Below, piece after piece: positions 9,471 through 19,914 of a stretch of DNA of 64,000 nucleotides. The stretch lies in contig OZ219802.1 of NCBI GenBank assembly GCA_964291655.2, forward strand, positions 768,001 to 832,000, written 5' to 3'. Both the position numbers and the translations under genes were made by a program. How positions within the stretch are numbered: position 1 is the first letter of the stretch; each line of letters begins with the position of its first letter. Below the pieces are notes generated by a model. That model ran no database searches, had not been told where the DNA came from, and saw nothing but the letters and a program-made list of their open reading frames with translations. The DNA comes from Chloroflexota bacterium. GTDB lineage: Bacteria > Chloroflexota > UBA11872 > VXOZ01.

Positions 9471-10553
9471 CTAGCGTCGAATGCGCGCCGATCCACCGGC
9501 CGCAAAGGCACGCACGTCGTCTACTGTCGCCATCGTGGTATCGCCGGGGAACGTCGTTATCAAGGCACCGTGGGCCCAGCCCAGCCGTACGGCGTCGGCG
9601 GGGGTTTCACCGGAAATAATCCCGTAGATTAGCCCCGATGCAAAGCCGTCGCCGCCGCCAACACGATCATAGACGTCGAGTTCGGCGGTGGGAGCGAGGT
9701 GGGTATCGCCATTGATCCACGCCACAGCGCTCCAGCTATGGCGATTCGTCGAGTGTACTTCACGGAGTGTGGTCGCGACGATTCTTACTTGCGGAAACTG
9801 ACCGACAACTTGGTCTATCATGGCGGTAAAAGCGCTTGGGTCAAGCTTTGAGGTTGCTGCCACCTCCGGACCCGGAATGCCCAGCCCAGTCTGCAGATCT
9901 TCCTCATTGCCCACGAGGACATCGACGTTTTCTACGATGCGTCGATTCACGGCGCTTGCGCGGTCCTCGCCACCCCATATCTGCCAAAGCTTTGCACGGA
10001 AGTTCAGGTCATAGGAAACGATTGCGCCGGCCGCTTTGGCCGCCTGCATGCCCTCGATGATGACCTCCGACGTGGTCTCCGACAGTGCCGCAAAGATGCC
10101 GCCGCTATGGAACCAACGCACGCCACACGCAAAGATGGCGTCCCAATCAAAGTCGCCGGGTTTGAGCTGCGCCGCCGCCTCATTGCAGCGATTGTAAAAC
10201 ACCACCGGCGCCCGCACGCCCTGGCCCCGATCGCTATAGACCGTTGCCATATTCGGGCCGTTCACGCCGTTGTGCGCAAAGTGCTTGTAGAAGGGCGTCA
10301 CGCCCATGGCGCGGACTCGTTCGGCAATCAAGTCGCCAATAGGATAGTCGACCATTGCGGAGGCGATGCCGGTGTTTAAGCCAAAGCAATTTGCCAGATT
10401 GGCAGCCGTATTGAATTCGCCGCCGCTGACGTGGATCTCACACGTATGCGCCTTACGAAAGGGGATGATCCCCGGGTCGAGGCGATGCACCAGCGCTCCT
10501 AACGAGATTGAGTCCCGTGCCGCATTCGCATTTATGTCCAGACCATAACTCAT
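9471..10553 (-). CDS. PfkB-family sugar kinase (2-keto-3-deoxygluconate kinase-like)
   Basis: GGEFN, YDLNFRAKLW, NEED, DRVGGGDGF signature. Confidence 0.88.
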   Translation of the reverse strand: MSYGLDINANAARDSISLGALVHRLDPGIIPFRKAHTCEIHVSGGEFNTAANLANCFGLNTGIASAMVDYPIGDLIAERVRAMGVTPFYKHFAHNGVNGPNMATVYSDRGQGVRAPVVFYNRCNEAAAQLKPGDFDWDAIFACGVRWFHSGGIFAALSETTSEVIIEGMQAAKAAGAIVSYDLNFRAKLWQIWGGEDRASAVNRRIVENVDVLVGNEEDLQTGLGIPGPEVAATSKLDPSAFTAMIDQVVGQFPQVRIVATTLREVHSTNRHSWSAVAWINGDTHLAPTAELDVYDRVGGGDGFASGLIYGIISGETPADAVRLGWAHGALITTFPGDTTMATVDDVRAFAAGGSARIRR

Positions 10554-11120
10554 GTCGTGCCCTCCTCCGATTCGTGCTGCGGTTGATGTACGCGGTTCTC
10601 AGTTCAAATCCTGTAATGTCGCCCCTTAGGAGGCGGCGCGCAGCCGCTCTCCTGCTGCTACTAGGATTATACGCGAAGCCCATAGCAAAGATAGCGCAAG
10701 ACTGCGGCCCTTCCTCAGCGCATCGCTTTGCGGACGAGGAAGCCCGATGACTACTGCAACCGGTCGACGGTCTCAAGCCGACGATTCGGCTGGAGTCGTC
10801 GGCTGGCGCATCCACCCAAATGCAGTTGCCTCTGTGACCGCCGCAGGTTGGGGTGAGACCTGCCTCCTAACAGTGCACTCAAAAGGACTGCTGCGCGGTC
10901 AGGCGGTTTCCCGCACGTACCAAGAAACGGGATACCTTGCTCGCACCGCGAAGTCGATGCTACCATATAGACACGCTGGCGGGAGATCGTCAGGAGATGG
11001 ACAAGGAAATTCATGAACACAGCCACCCGTAGTGCGGCATCTGCGGGCGGCTTCTTTACTTAAAGCAGCCTGCAAACTTGAGCAGATTCATCAGGAATAC
11101 GGAGAGGGCTGAAAGCCCGC

Positions 11121-11936
11121 ATGAGCAACCGACGGACACTGCTTAAGGCCGCGTTTCCGGCTACGATTGGTACCTTGGCCGCGGCGTGCGCGCCGCTCGA
11201 CAGCGTGCGGTCCCGTTTCGAGTCGGACGATCGCGATCGCCTCAACGTGTTTGCTGATGCCAGCCTAGCCCCCATCGTGCCATCGGTCACGAGTGACTTT
11301 GAGGGCGCCAATCCCAGCACCCGTCTCGACATCTCATTGCGCCCTTCCGGAGAAATCATGCGAGCCCTCCTCGGGGGCAAGCACTTCGATGCCGTTCTGC
11401 TTGGAGGCGATACGTTTGGCGTGCCGTTAGTTGAGGCGGGACTGATCAAGATCGGTACAATGCGGCCAATCGCGTCGAACTGGCTCGTGATTGCTACTCC
11501 CCGCGCAGGCGCGCTGGAGATCCAATCCCCGCAAGACCTATTGCGTGCAGACGTTGAGCGCATTGGAATTGCTGACTGGGAAGAGTCAGCGCTCGGCAGG
11601 TACGCTTTCCAGTCATTGGGGAGCCTTGAGCTATGGGAGACCCTGGCCGATAAGCGTGCCAAGACCCGCGACGAGCGCGAATTGGTGGAGAGAGTCAGCG
11701 ATGGCAAAGTGGACGCCGCCGTTCTCTATTCCTCGTCAGTTGCTTCTGCGAGCGAACGCGTCATGGGCCAGGCGCCCTTGCCCGAACAGAGCCACCGCCC
11801 CATCATCTACTACGTCGGCATTTCCCAGAAGACCAAGTATTCGATCATGCGTTCACAGTTTTCGGCATACCTTGTCAGCCAGCGGGGGCAGCGCCACTTC
11901 GAGTCGGCGGGCTACCGCATGCTGAACTTGCACTAG
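11121..11936 (+). CDS. modA: ModA-like molybdate/oxyanion ABC substrate-binding lipoprotein
   Basis: RR signal plus LAAAC lipobox; FADASL, ASNWLV, GRYA, DAAVLYSS, HRPIIY resemble ModA; no modBC nearby. Confidence 0.75.
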   Translation: MSNRRTLLKAAFPATIGTLAAACAPLDSVRSRFESDDRDRLNVFADASLAPIVPSVTSDFEGANPSTRLDISLRPSGEIMRALLGGKHFDAVLLGGDTFGVPLVEAGLIKIGTMRPIASNWLVIATPRAGALEIQSPQDLLRADVERIGIADWEESALGRYAFQSLGSLELWETLADKRAKTRDERELVERVSDGKVDAAVLYSSSVASASERVMGQAPLPEQSHRPIIYYVGISQKTKYSIMRSQFSAYLVSQRGQRHFESAGYRMLNLH

Positions 11937-11954
11937 AAATAGGAGCAACGACAC

Positions 11955-12773
11955 TTGGTTCCCATCAACGCCCGTATAAGCCAGCTTTGCGCCGGCAAGG
12001 ACAGCGCGCTTTGCATCGGCTTGGATGTGGACTTGTCTCGTTTGCCCGCGGGGATGCCAGCAACCCGTGAGGGAGTGGTCGGCTTCTGCCGCGACATTAT
12101 TGACGCCACCCATCAGTTCACCGCCGCCTACAAGCCCAATCTTGCCTTCTTCGAGAGTATGGGCACATGGGGATTCGAGGCACTAGAAGCTGTGCGGCGG
12201 CACATTCCGCCTGACGCAATCGCGGTCGCCGACGCCAAACGCGGCGACATTGATTCTACAAACGTGCACTACGCCGCGGCCGTATTTGACGTGCTGGGAT
12301 TCGATGCAGTAACCGCACACCCTTATCTCGGCGCCGAAACCTTGGAGCCCTTCCTTAACCGCCCGGACCGCGGCGTCTTCGTGCTCTGCCGCACATCAAA
12401 CCCCGGCGCGCGGGACTTCCAAGACTTGCGCAATGAGACCGGAGAGCAGCTCTATATCTCGGTGGCCAGAGCCGTACAATCGTGGAACATAAACGACAAT
12501 TGCGGCTTGGTAACCGGGGCGACGTATCCTGAAGAACTGGCAAAGGTGCGACAGGTAGCACCCGACCTTCCCCTGCTTATCCCCGGCATTGGCACGCAGG
12601 GCGGCGACGTGAAAGCGTCGGTGCGTGCCGCCGGCACAGCCGCGCCCATGCTCATCAACGCCTCGCGCAGTATCCTCTATGCCAGCAATGACCGTGACTT
12701 TGCCGAGGCAGCGGCCAGCGCAGCCGCCAAGCTCCACGCGGAAATCAATGAGGCACGCGCGGCAGTCACGTAG
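11955..12773 (+). CDS. pyrF: Orotidine 5'-phosphate decarboxylase (subfamily 2)
   Basis: LCIGLD, YKPNLAFFE, DAKRGDI, CRTSNP, GATYP, PGIGTQGG, NASR. Confidence 0.95.
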   Translation: MVPINARISQLCAGKDSALCIGLDVDLSRLPAGMPATREGVVGFCRDIIDATHQFTAAYKPNLAFFESMGTWGFEALEAVRRHIPPDAIAVADAKRGDIDSTNVHYAAAVFDVLGFDAVTAHPYLGAETLEPFLNRPDRGVFVLCRTSNPGARDFQDLRNETGEQLYISVARAVQSWNINDNCGLVTGATYPEELAKVRQVAPDLPLLIPGIGTQGGDVKASVRAAGTAAPMLINASRSILYASNDRDFAEAAASAAAKLHAEINEARAAVT

Positions 12774-12863
12774 GGGCACGACATGTCGTGCCCCTACGAC
12801 CGAGATCGATCGGGAGCGCGGCGTTCACTTACCTTTCGCACAGAGCCCGTCGCGGGGCGCGCT

Positions 12864-13108
12864 CACTCTCCGTTCACACTGAGCCCGTCGCAGTGCGGTC
12901 CAGCTGCCAGAGGCAGCGACCTCCCTCCGTTCGCGCTGAGCCTGTCGAAGTGCAGTCCAGCTGGCAGGCGGCAGTCACCCTCTGCCTCACGGACCCAGTC
13001 GCGGGGCGCGATCTCCCTCCGTTCGCGCTGAGCCTGTCGAAGTGCAGTCCAGCTTCCAGACGCAGCGATCTCCCTCCGTTCGCGCTGAGCCTGTCGAAGT
13101 GTGAACGG
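12864..13108. repeat. Cluster of CCGTTCGCGCTGAGCCTGTCGAAG REP-like repeats
   Basis: Three near-identical copies of CTCCCTCCGTTCGCGCTGAGCCTGTCGAAGTG plus one degenerate copy between convergent pyrF and uvrC. Confidence 0.85.
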
Positions 13109-13121
13109 ACATGGGCAGGAG

Positions 13122-15005
13122 CTACAGATGCTCCTTGACCTTCTCCGCCACCGCGCGGTTCATTTTCGGCGCCCCGGCCAAGACCTCGACGGACGCCTGC
13201 CGAATAGCATCCACGCTCCCAAAGTGCTGCAGCAAAGCTACTTTCCGCTTCGTGCCGATGCCCGGCACCTTGTCAAGCAAAGATCCAAGCGTATGTTTGG
13301 TGCGCACGGTGCGATGGTACGTAACGGCGAAGCGGTGCGCTTCATCGCGGACACGCTGCAATAGCTTCCGTGCCTCAGATCGCTCCTCTAGCTCGATTGG
13401 CTTAGATTCTCCAGGTAGAATGATTTCTTCACGCTGCTTCGCAAGCCCCAGCACGGGTATGTCGTGCAATGCGAGATTCGCCAGCACTTCCAAGACAGCA
13501 TTCAGTTGCCCCTTGCCGCCGTCTATCACCAGCAGGTCGGGCTTTATGCCCCAGGAGTCCAGCGCGTCCGCCTCGTCTTGCCCGTCTTGTTCGTTATGTT
13601 TACCTGTTTCCTCTTCGGCCCTTAAGTCACTCAGGCGCTTCAGCCGCCGTGTGAGCATTTCCTGCAAACTCGCATAGTCGTTGGGGCCGTCTACGGTCTT
13701 GATGCGGAAGCGGCGGTAATCGCCAGTGCTGGGGAGACCGGTAACGAACACCGCCATAGCGCCAACCGTATACGCGCCCTGGATATTCGAGATGTCGTAA
13801 CACTCGATGCGCACCGGTGCTTGGTCCAGATCGAGCACGTCAGCCAATTCGGTGAGGGCTACCTGCGCCCGTTGCTGGCTGTCGAGGTGCCGCAGACGGT
13901 GGTCCTGCAGGCCCTGGCGGGCGTTGTTTCCCGCTAACTCGACCAAGCGGCGCTTCTCCCCAATCTTTGGCACATTTAAGGTCACGCTGCCGCCGCGCCG
14001 TTCCCGCAGCCACGTGCGGAGCAACTCAGCGCCGCGAATACCGACCGGCAGGAAGAGCGCCTGCGGTATCTGCATACTGCGACCGTAGAACTGCTGCAGA
14101 AAGTCCCGTATCACGTCGCGGTCTTCCTCGTCAGACACGTGTTCAAGGATGAAATTCTCACGCCCGAGTAGGTGGCCGCCGCGAATACTGAAGACTTGCA
14201 CGCACGCCTCATCCTGCTCGCGCGCGAAACCAATGACATCAATGTCTCCCTGGCGAATATTGGTGATCTTCTGGCGCTCGAGAACGCGCTCAACCGCCCG
14301 GATGCGGTCGCGCATCACCGCTGCGCGTTCGAATTCCAGCGCATCCGACGCTTCGCGCATGTCACCGCGGAGGTTCCGAATTACGTCGCCCGGCCTTCCT
14401 TCAAGAAAGCGGGTGACCTGTTCGATGATCCCCCCGTACCCCTCTTGGGTAACTGCCCCGATGCACGGACCCGCGCAGCGCTTGATGTGATAGTCCAGGC
14501 ACGGCCGTTCATACTCTTTGTCCATATTCAGCGCACAGGACCGATAGGGGAAGAGCCGATTGAGCAGGTTCATGGTGTCGCGCAGGCTATAGGCGCTGGT
14601 ATACGGTCCATAGTAGCTTGCGCCATCATCCAGTATTCGCCGTGTTGTCAACACACGGGGATAGCGCTCATTGAGGGTGATCTTGAGGTAGAGAAACGAT
14701 TTGTCGTCGCGCAGCACCACGTTGTAGCGCGGCCGATGGTGCTTGATAAGATTACTCTCCAGCACCAAGGCTTCAATTTCCGTATCGGTAATGATGTAAT
14801 CGAGCGTCTTGGCATTCTCCACCATGCTCCTGGTCTTCCAGGGCAACCGGTCCTGCCGGCCAAAGTACGAGCGCACACGGTTACGGAGCAGCTTTGCCTT
14901 ACCCACATAGAGCACCGTGCCCTTGCCGTCACGAAAGAGGTAGCACCCCGGCAACAATGGGATAGTAGCCATCCGCTCGCGGATTTCTTTGACCGGAATC
15001 GACAC
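13122..15005 (-). CDS. uvrC: Excinuclease ABC subunit C
   Basis: GIY-YIG (PGCY...YVGKAK), UVR domain, IECYDISN, PDLLVIDGGKGQL, RDEAHRFA, HhH; start moved to GTG 15005 (GGAG RBS). Confidence 0.96.
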   Translation of the reverse strand: MSIPVKEIRERMATIPLLPGCYLFRDGKGTVLYVGKAKLLRNRVRSYFGRQDRLPWKTRSMVENAKTLDYIITDTEIEALVLESNLIKHHRPRYNVVLRDDKSFLYLKITLNERYPRVLTTRRILDDGASYYGPYTSAYSLRDTMNLLNRLFPYRSCALNMDKEYERPCLDYHIKRCAGPCIGAVTQEGYGGIIEQVTRFLEGRPGDVIRNLRGDMREASDALEFERAAVMRDRIRAVERVLERQKITNIRQGDIDVIGFAREQDEACVQVFSIRGGHLLGRENFILEHVSDEEDRDVIRDFLQQFYGRSMQIPQALFLPVGIRGAELLRTWLRERRGGSVTLNVPKIGEKRRLVELAGNNARQGLQDHRLRHLDSQQRAQVALTELADVLDLDQAPVRIECYDISNIQGAYTVGAMAVFVTGLPSTGDYRRFRIKTVDGPNDYASLQEMLTRRLKRLSDLRAEEETGKHNEQDGQDEADALDSWGIKPDLLVIDGGKGQLNAVLEVLANLALHDIPVLGLAKQREEIILPGESKPIELEERSEARKLLQRVRDEAHRFAVTYHRTVRTKHTLGSLLDKVPGIGTKRKVALLQHFGSVDAIRQASVEVLAGAPKMNRAVAEKVKEHL

Positions 15006-15126
15006 GCAGAATCTCCATTGGTTGTGCTTGCCAGCACCGACCTCCCGCCATCCGTATGGTATCATGAGCACAAATGGCTCCGTTTTCCCTTCTCTTACTA
15101 TGGTTAACCTTGTGGTGAAGTAGCAA

Positions 15127-15438
15127 GTGTCCAGTAACCTTGAAGATTGATTCCATCGGGCGATGCTGAGCATTGACGCCACAGCTGGCAAGTATGGCTA
15201 TCACCCGAGCTATTTCTTGCGCATGGTACATGAGCTTGGCGGTCTCGGAGCGGCAAAGCAACTGCTCAGCACAGATAACCCGCAATCTGGATTGGCCAGA
15301 CTTTGGGAGTTGGAACTGCTTGACAACTCTATGGAAGCCTTGGTCATACAAGAGCAATGGAGAGAGCTCTTTAGCGAAGAAGAACTACAAGAGGCACGCA
15401 GACGGTTGAGAGAGTACGGGTATACGTTTCCACGTTGA
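15127..15438 (+). pseudogene. Small conserved-looking hypothetical protein with in-frame TGA at codon 8 (or intact from ATG 15163)
   Basis: GTG-SSNLED-TGA(15148-15150)-FHRAMLSID is in frame with ORF 15163..15438. Confidence 0.5.
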
Positions 15439-15549
15439 AAGTCGACAACCAATAGTCGCCCCGGCGCATGTCGGAGTCCAGAGCAAAGTGGATGATGGGG
15501 AATGCGGCGGTGGCAGCGTGACTGCCCGAAGTATAAGGAACAATTAGGG

Positions 15550-15810
15550 ATGGCGGTATTTGATACTTTCAGAGCGTTTGAAGCCCTGACAGGCGCGGGC
15601 TTCACAGAACGCCAAGCCAAAGCCCTTATCGACGTGGGCCGCGAAGGCTACGGTGCGCTAGCAACCAAAACTGACATTCAGGACATGGCGACCAAAACCG
15701 ACTTGCGCGAACTAGAACAGCGCATAACCATCAAGGTTGGCGCTATGCTGTTCACGTTAGCGGGCTTACTGGTTGCGGTACTGGTCGCGCTGGAACTGCT
15801 GCCGCTCTAG
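15550..15810 (+). CDS. DUF1640/CCDC90-like coiled-coil protein with C-terminal TM helix
   Basis: FDT...L..AGFTERQA..L, repeated ATKTD, hydrophobic C-terminus. Confidence 0.8.
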   Translation: MAVFDTFRAFEALTGAGFTERQAKALIDVGREGYGALATKTDIQDMATKTDLRELEQRITIKVGAMLFTLAGLLVAVLVALELLPL

Positions 15811-15987
15811 ACTCGATCGGGGCTGGCGAAGAAGTGTATGCCAGCAAACATACACTCAATGCAATTCTGCTAGGATGTTTTCCCTTTGTAAGGCAAGAAA
15901 ACCGCTTGCGGACCCCAATAATCCGTGCGCTGTTGTGAGCGAGCACTATTATGTTCAGACATAGGCTCTAAAGAAGGAGTGACCGAA

Positions 15988-16785
15988 ATGCGTTTCACGA
16001 GGAAGTTCATTGGTCTGCTAGCCATCGCGAGCCTACTGCTCTTGGCTGGATGCGCCACTGCGGCGGTGCAGGCCGCGCCCCCGGCGGCGGAAGCCGGAGC
16101 CTCGGCAGCGACGGCCTACAACGGCGGCGAAGAGAAGCCTCTCGAGCGTAGCATTTCAGTACAGGGCCAAGGCACGGTGAGCGCCAAACCGGACTTGGTC
16201 ACACTGTCGCTCGGCGTACAGACGACGGGGGAAACCGCAAAGGAGGCACTGGCCCTCAACAGCGAGCAGATGACGGGCGTGGTGGCCGCGGTCCTGGACG
16301 CCGGGATTGCAGAAGAAGATATTCAGACCTCCGGCATCAACCTCTATCCCGTCTACGAAGACCGCTCCCTGGTGCAACCCGGTGAGCAGCGCCAAATCGT
16401 CGGTTACCGGGCGTCAAACGATGTAAGCGTCAGGGTCCACGATATCGAAATAGCAGGCTCGGTGCTTGACGCGGCGGTTACTGCCGGCGCCAACCAGGTC
16501 GGCGGCGTGCGGTTCGGCTTAAGCGACACCGAGACCATCGTGACAGACGCGCTGATCGCGGCGGTGCAGAATGCCCAGGCCAAAGCGCAGACTATTGCCG
16601 ACACGCTCGGCGTAACGCTTGGCTCTGCGCTCGTGGTCAATGAAGAGTGGATTGAAAGGCCGGAAGCAAGAGGAGTCGCCTTTGCCGCGGAAGCCGCATT
16701 TGACAGCGGCGGTTTTTCCTCACCCGTGCAGGGCGGCGCAGTGAGTGTTACCGCGCACATTCGTGTGACGTTCGCTATCGAGTGA
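15988..16785 (+). CDS. SIMPL (DUF541) domain lipoprotein
   Basis: LAGC lipobox; ISVQGQGTVSAKPD, IQTSGINLYP, GYRASN, AQAKA; AAGGAG RBS. Confidence 0.9.
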   Translation: MRFTRKFIGLLAIASLLLLAGCATAAVQAAPPAAEAGASAATAYNGGEEKPLERSISVQGQGTVSAKPDLVTLSLGVQTTGETAKEALALNSEQMTGVVAAVLDAGIAEEDIQTSGINLYPVYEDRSLVQPGEQRQIVGYRASNDVSVRVHDIEIAGSVLDAAVTAGANQVGGVRFGLSDTETIVTDALIAAVQNAQAKAQTIADTLGVTLGSALVVNEEWIERPEARGVAFAAEAAFDSGGFSSPVQGGAVSVTAHIRVTFAIE

Positions 16786-16830
16786 GGCGAAAAGTCTGGC
16801 AGGTAAGCGGTCGGCATGCAAAGATGATTT

Positions 16831-16866
16831 AAGAAAGCGGGTCGCAAAACGGCCCGCTTTCTTTTC
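16831..16866. terminator. Probable bidirectional intrinsic terminator
   Basis: AAGAAAGCGGGTCG-caaaa-CGGCCCGCTTTCTT followed by a T-rich run, between convergent genes. Confidence 0.75.
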
Positions 16867-16917
16867 TAGCCTGGATTGCTTAAAGAGTGTTTGCAAAGGA
16901 GAGTAGGGCAGCACCAT

Positions 16918-17006
16918 CCGTTCGCCCTGAGCTTGTCGAAGGGTGAATGGAACCGCCGTAAGTTGGCCAATAACCGTTCATGCTTCGACAAGCTCAGCAC
17001 GAACGG
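16918..17006. repeat. Inverted doublet of the CCGTTCG...CTGAGC...GTCGAAG REP-like repeat
   Basis: CCGTTCGCCCTGAGCTTGTCGAAG ... CTTCGACAAGCTCAGCACGAACGG. Confidence 0.8.
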
Positions 17007-17055
17007 TTCTTATCGCCTTTACAGGCCCCCCTCTAAGAAGCTCGCAAACTGGCTC

Positions 17056-18324
17056 TTAGGGATATATCCCGCGGGATAGTGTAGCTTCCGCCACGCGGCT
17101 CACACCGACGGCGGACGCTCCCATGCGGAGATCAACGTCATACTTTTCCGCGGTCGCAATTGTCTCCTGTGTGGCGCGGCCCAGAATGCTCTTCAATCGC
17201 CTGCGAATCTGCTCGATTTCCCAGAAGAACGACTGCAGGCCTTGCACCCACTCGAAGTAGGAGACGGTGACGCCGCCCGCATTGCAGAGAACATCGGGGA
17301 TAACCACAATGCCCCGGTCGCGCAGAATTTCGTCTGCTTCCGGAGTCGTGGGACCGTTGGCGGCTTCGGCAATAAAGCGGGCGCGAATGTCATCCGCGTT
17401 TTCCGCCGTAATCTGGCCGTGGATGGCCGCCGGCACTAAGATATCCACGGGCAGTTCCAAGAGTTCATCGTTACTAATGCGTTCGCCGCCGGGCAGGTCG
17501 CTCACCAGCACGCCTTCGTTCTTGATCTGCAGCGCCGCGTTCACGTCAAGCCCACGGGCATTGTAAACGGCGCCGCTGACGTCCGAGACTGCCACCACCT
17601 TTGCCCCCTGTGCCGCCAAGAGTTCAGCGGCATGCGAACCCACGTTTCCGAAACCCTGAATAGCCACAGTCTTGTCTTCCAACCGCTCCTCTTGGTGGCC
17701 GAGCACCTCCTCGACCACATAGGTTACCCCGCGTCCGGTAGCTTCGGTCCTTCCCGCGGAGCCGCCAATCTCCAGTGGCTTGCCGGTCACGACTGCGGGC
17801 ACAGAGTACCCGCGCTGCATGCTGTAGGTATCCATAATCCACGCCATGATTTGCGAGTCAGTGTTCATATCAGGTGCGGGAATATCGGATTCCGGGCCGA
17901 TCAGCGTGTAGATCTCCGTCGTGAATCTGCGCGTCAGCCCCTCAAGCTCGGTGCGCGAGAGCTGCTTTGGATTGCACGCGACGCCGCCCTTCGCACCGCC
18001 GTAGGGAATGCCCACCAGGGCGCACTTCCACGTCATCCACATCGCCAACGCGCGCACTTCCTCGATGTCCACGTCGGGCGCAAAGCGAATACCGCCCTTT
18101 GCCGGGCCGCGATTCACGTTATGTTGGACACGGTAGCCGGAGAACATCTCCAGCCTGCCGTCGTCCATGCGCACGGGAAAATTGACCGTGAGTTCGCGCT
18201 TGGGGACGCGGAGCACCTTGCGCATATCGTCATCGAGGTGCAAGACTTCCGCCGTGCGGTCAAACTGATCGAGAGCGATCGAAAGCGGATTGACACGGGG
18301 TTGTTGATCAATAAGCTCGGACAT
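17056..18324 (-). CDS. gdhA: Glutamate dehydrogenase (Glu/Leu/Phe/Val DH family)
   Basis: GPAKGGIRF, MTWKC, GGAKGG, DIPAPD, QGFGNVG, EAANGP, NAGGV. Confidence 0.93.
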   Translation of the reverse strand: MSELIDQQPRVNPLSIALDQFDRTAEVLHLDDDMRKVLRVPKRELTVNFPVRMDDGRLEMFSGYRVQHNVNRGPAKGGIRFAPDVDIEEVRALAMWMTWKCALVGIPYGGAKGGVACNPKQLSRTELEGLTRRFTTEIYTLIGPESDIPAPDMNTDSQIMAWIMDTYSMQRGYSVPAVVTGKPLEIGGSAGRTEATGRGVTYVVEEVLGHQEERLEDKTVAIQGFGNVGSHAAELLAAQGAKVVAVSDVSGAVYNARGLDVNAALQIKNEGVLVSDLPGGERISNDELLELPVDILVPAAIHGQITAENADDIRARFIAEAANGPTTPEADEILRDRGIVVIPDVLCNAGGVTVSYFEWVQGLQSFFWEIEQIRRRLKSILGRATQETIATAEKYDVDLRMGASAVGVSRVAEATLSRGIYP

Positions 18325-18447
18325 GTACTATGCCTCCTTCTTTACCGGCGTCCCTGCCGGGCAAAGCGCACAGCTTAGACTCTTCGTTGAGCCAGACAGC
18401 CCATCGCTTTGGCGCTGAGTCTACAGCATGAGTAGAACACCACCCGT

Positions 18448-19914
18448 TCAGACCTGGCGCAACTCTTCTTGCAGCTTCTGATTTACGATGCCGGGGTTTG
18501 CTTTGCCGCGCGTGGCCTTCATCACTTGACCGACCAAGAAGCCGACGGCCCGTTTCTTCCCCTGTTTAAAGTCTTGCACAGCGTCGGGGTTTTCCGCAAT
18601 AACCTGGGCCACGATTTCCCCGAGTGCATCCTCGTCGCTGATCTGTGCCAGACCTTGTTCCTCCACAATAGCGCGCGCACTCTTGCCCGTGTCAAACATC
18701 TGGTCGAAGACTTCCTGCGCCATACGGTTGCTGATCTCGCCAGACTCAATCATCAGAATCATATCGGCAAGCGCATCGGGCGTTATCTTGCAGTCGTTGA
18801 TCTCGCTGCCAGACTCATTAAGGCGTTGCAGCAGGTTGCGAAGCATCCAATTTGCTACGGACTTCGCATTCTTGGCGCGCGCCGACGCCGTCTCGAAATA
18901 CCCTGCCAAGTCACGAGTCTGCGTGAGCAGGGCAGCGTCGTAGGCTGAAAGATCGTAGGCGGTCATGAAGCGTTGCTGCCTTGCTCCCGGCAACTCAGGG
19001 AGCTTCCCTCTGACTCCCTCCACCCATTCCCGTGACAGTTGCAAGGGCGGGAGGTCCGGTTCGGGAAAGTAGCGGTAGTCGTGGGCTTCTTCTTTGGAGC
19101 GCTGCGATACCGTCTCGCCTGTTGTCTCTACCCAGCCGCGAGTTTCGGTCACGCGCGTGTCGGTGCCGCTCTCCAAAATGCGGGTCTGCCGCTCTTGCTC
19201 AAAGAGCAAGGCCCGCTCTACAGCGCGGAACGAGTTCATGTTCTTGACTTCCACCTTGATGTCGCCAAGAGGCGCGTCCGCCGGCCACACCGAGATGTTG
19301 GCGTCGCAGCGCATGGCGCCGTCTTCCATGTTGCCGGTGGAAATGCCGAGGTAACGCACGATTTGGCGCAGTTTGCGTCCCAGCGCCGCCGCCTCCTGCG
19401 GCGTGGTAATGTCCGGTTCCGTCACTACTTCCATGAGCGGCACCCCGGAGCGGTTGAAGTCAACCAGTGAATACCTTTCGCCGCTTGGCGCCGTCACGTG
19501 GGTCGACTTCGCCGTGTCCTCCTCTTGGTGAACTCGCGTAATCCCAATGTTGCGTCCGCCGTCTTCCTCGTCCAGTGCAAGGTTTCCTACTATGCAAAAC
19601 GGCAAGTCGTATTGTGAGATCTGATAGCCCTTGGGCAAATCGGGGTACGGATAGTTCTTGCGGTCGAACTTGGCGAATTCAGGTATCCGGCAATTCAGGG
19701 CCATGCCCGTCATCACGATGCACTCGATGACCTTCTCGTTGATGACCGGCAGGGCACCGGGTAGGCCGAGACAGACCGGGCAGACGACGGTATTAGGCGG
19801 ATGGGCGGCGTACTGCGCGCTGCATGCGCAGAACATCTTGCTCTCCGTCAAGAGTTGCACGTGGAATTCCAGACCGATAACGGTGCGGTATTTTTCTGCT
19901 ACGGCAGTTGCCAT
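18448..19914 (-). CDS. gatB: Asp/Glu-tRNA amidotransferase subunit B
   Basis: IGLEFHVQL, FDRKNY.YPDLPKGYQISQ, RCDANIS, DYRYFPEPDL, YqeY tail. Confidence 0.98.
   Translation of the reverse strand: MATAVAEKYRTVIGLEFHVQLLTESKMFCACSAQYAAHPPNTVVCPVCLGLPGALPVINEKVIECIVMTGMALNCRIPEFAKFDRKNYPYPDLPKGYQISQYDLPFCIVGNLALDEEDGGRNIGITRVHQEEDTAKSTHVTAPSGERYSLVDFNRSGVPLMEVVTEPDITTPQEAAALGRKLRQIVRYLGISTGNMEDGAMRCDANISVWPADAPLGDIKVEVKNMNSFRAVERALLFEQERQTRILESGTDTRVTETRGWVETTGETVSQRSKEEAHDYRYFPEPDLPPLQLSREWVEGVRGKLPELPGARQQRFMTAYDLSAYDAALLTQTRDLAGYFETASARAKNAKSVANWMLRNLLQRLNESGSEINDCKITPDALADMILMIESGEISNRMAQEVFDQMFDTGKSARAIVEEQGLAQISDEDALGEIVAQVIAENPDAVQDFKQGKKRAVGFLVGQVMKATRGKANPGIVNQKLQEELRQV

Noticed and set aside
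10585-10630. tRNA fragment (GTTCAAATCC T-loop-like)
   Set aside because: T-stem does not pair properly and no cloverleaf can be built
10690-11120. Moco/Wco riboswitch upstream of modA
   Set aside because: Hairpins are present but I could not recognise the motif's conserved core; needs an Rfam scan
15148-15150. Third selenocysteine codon
   Set aside because: No redox motif context and the downstream sequence does not resemble the hairpin of the two redoxins
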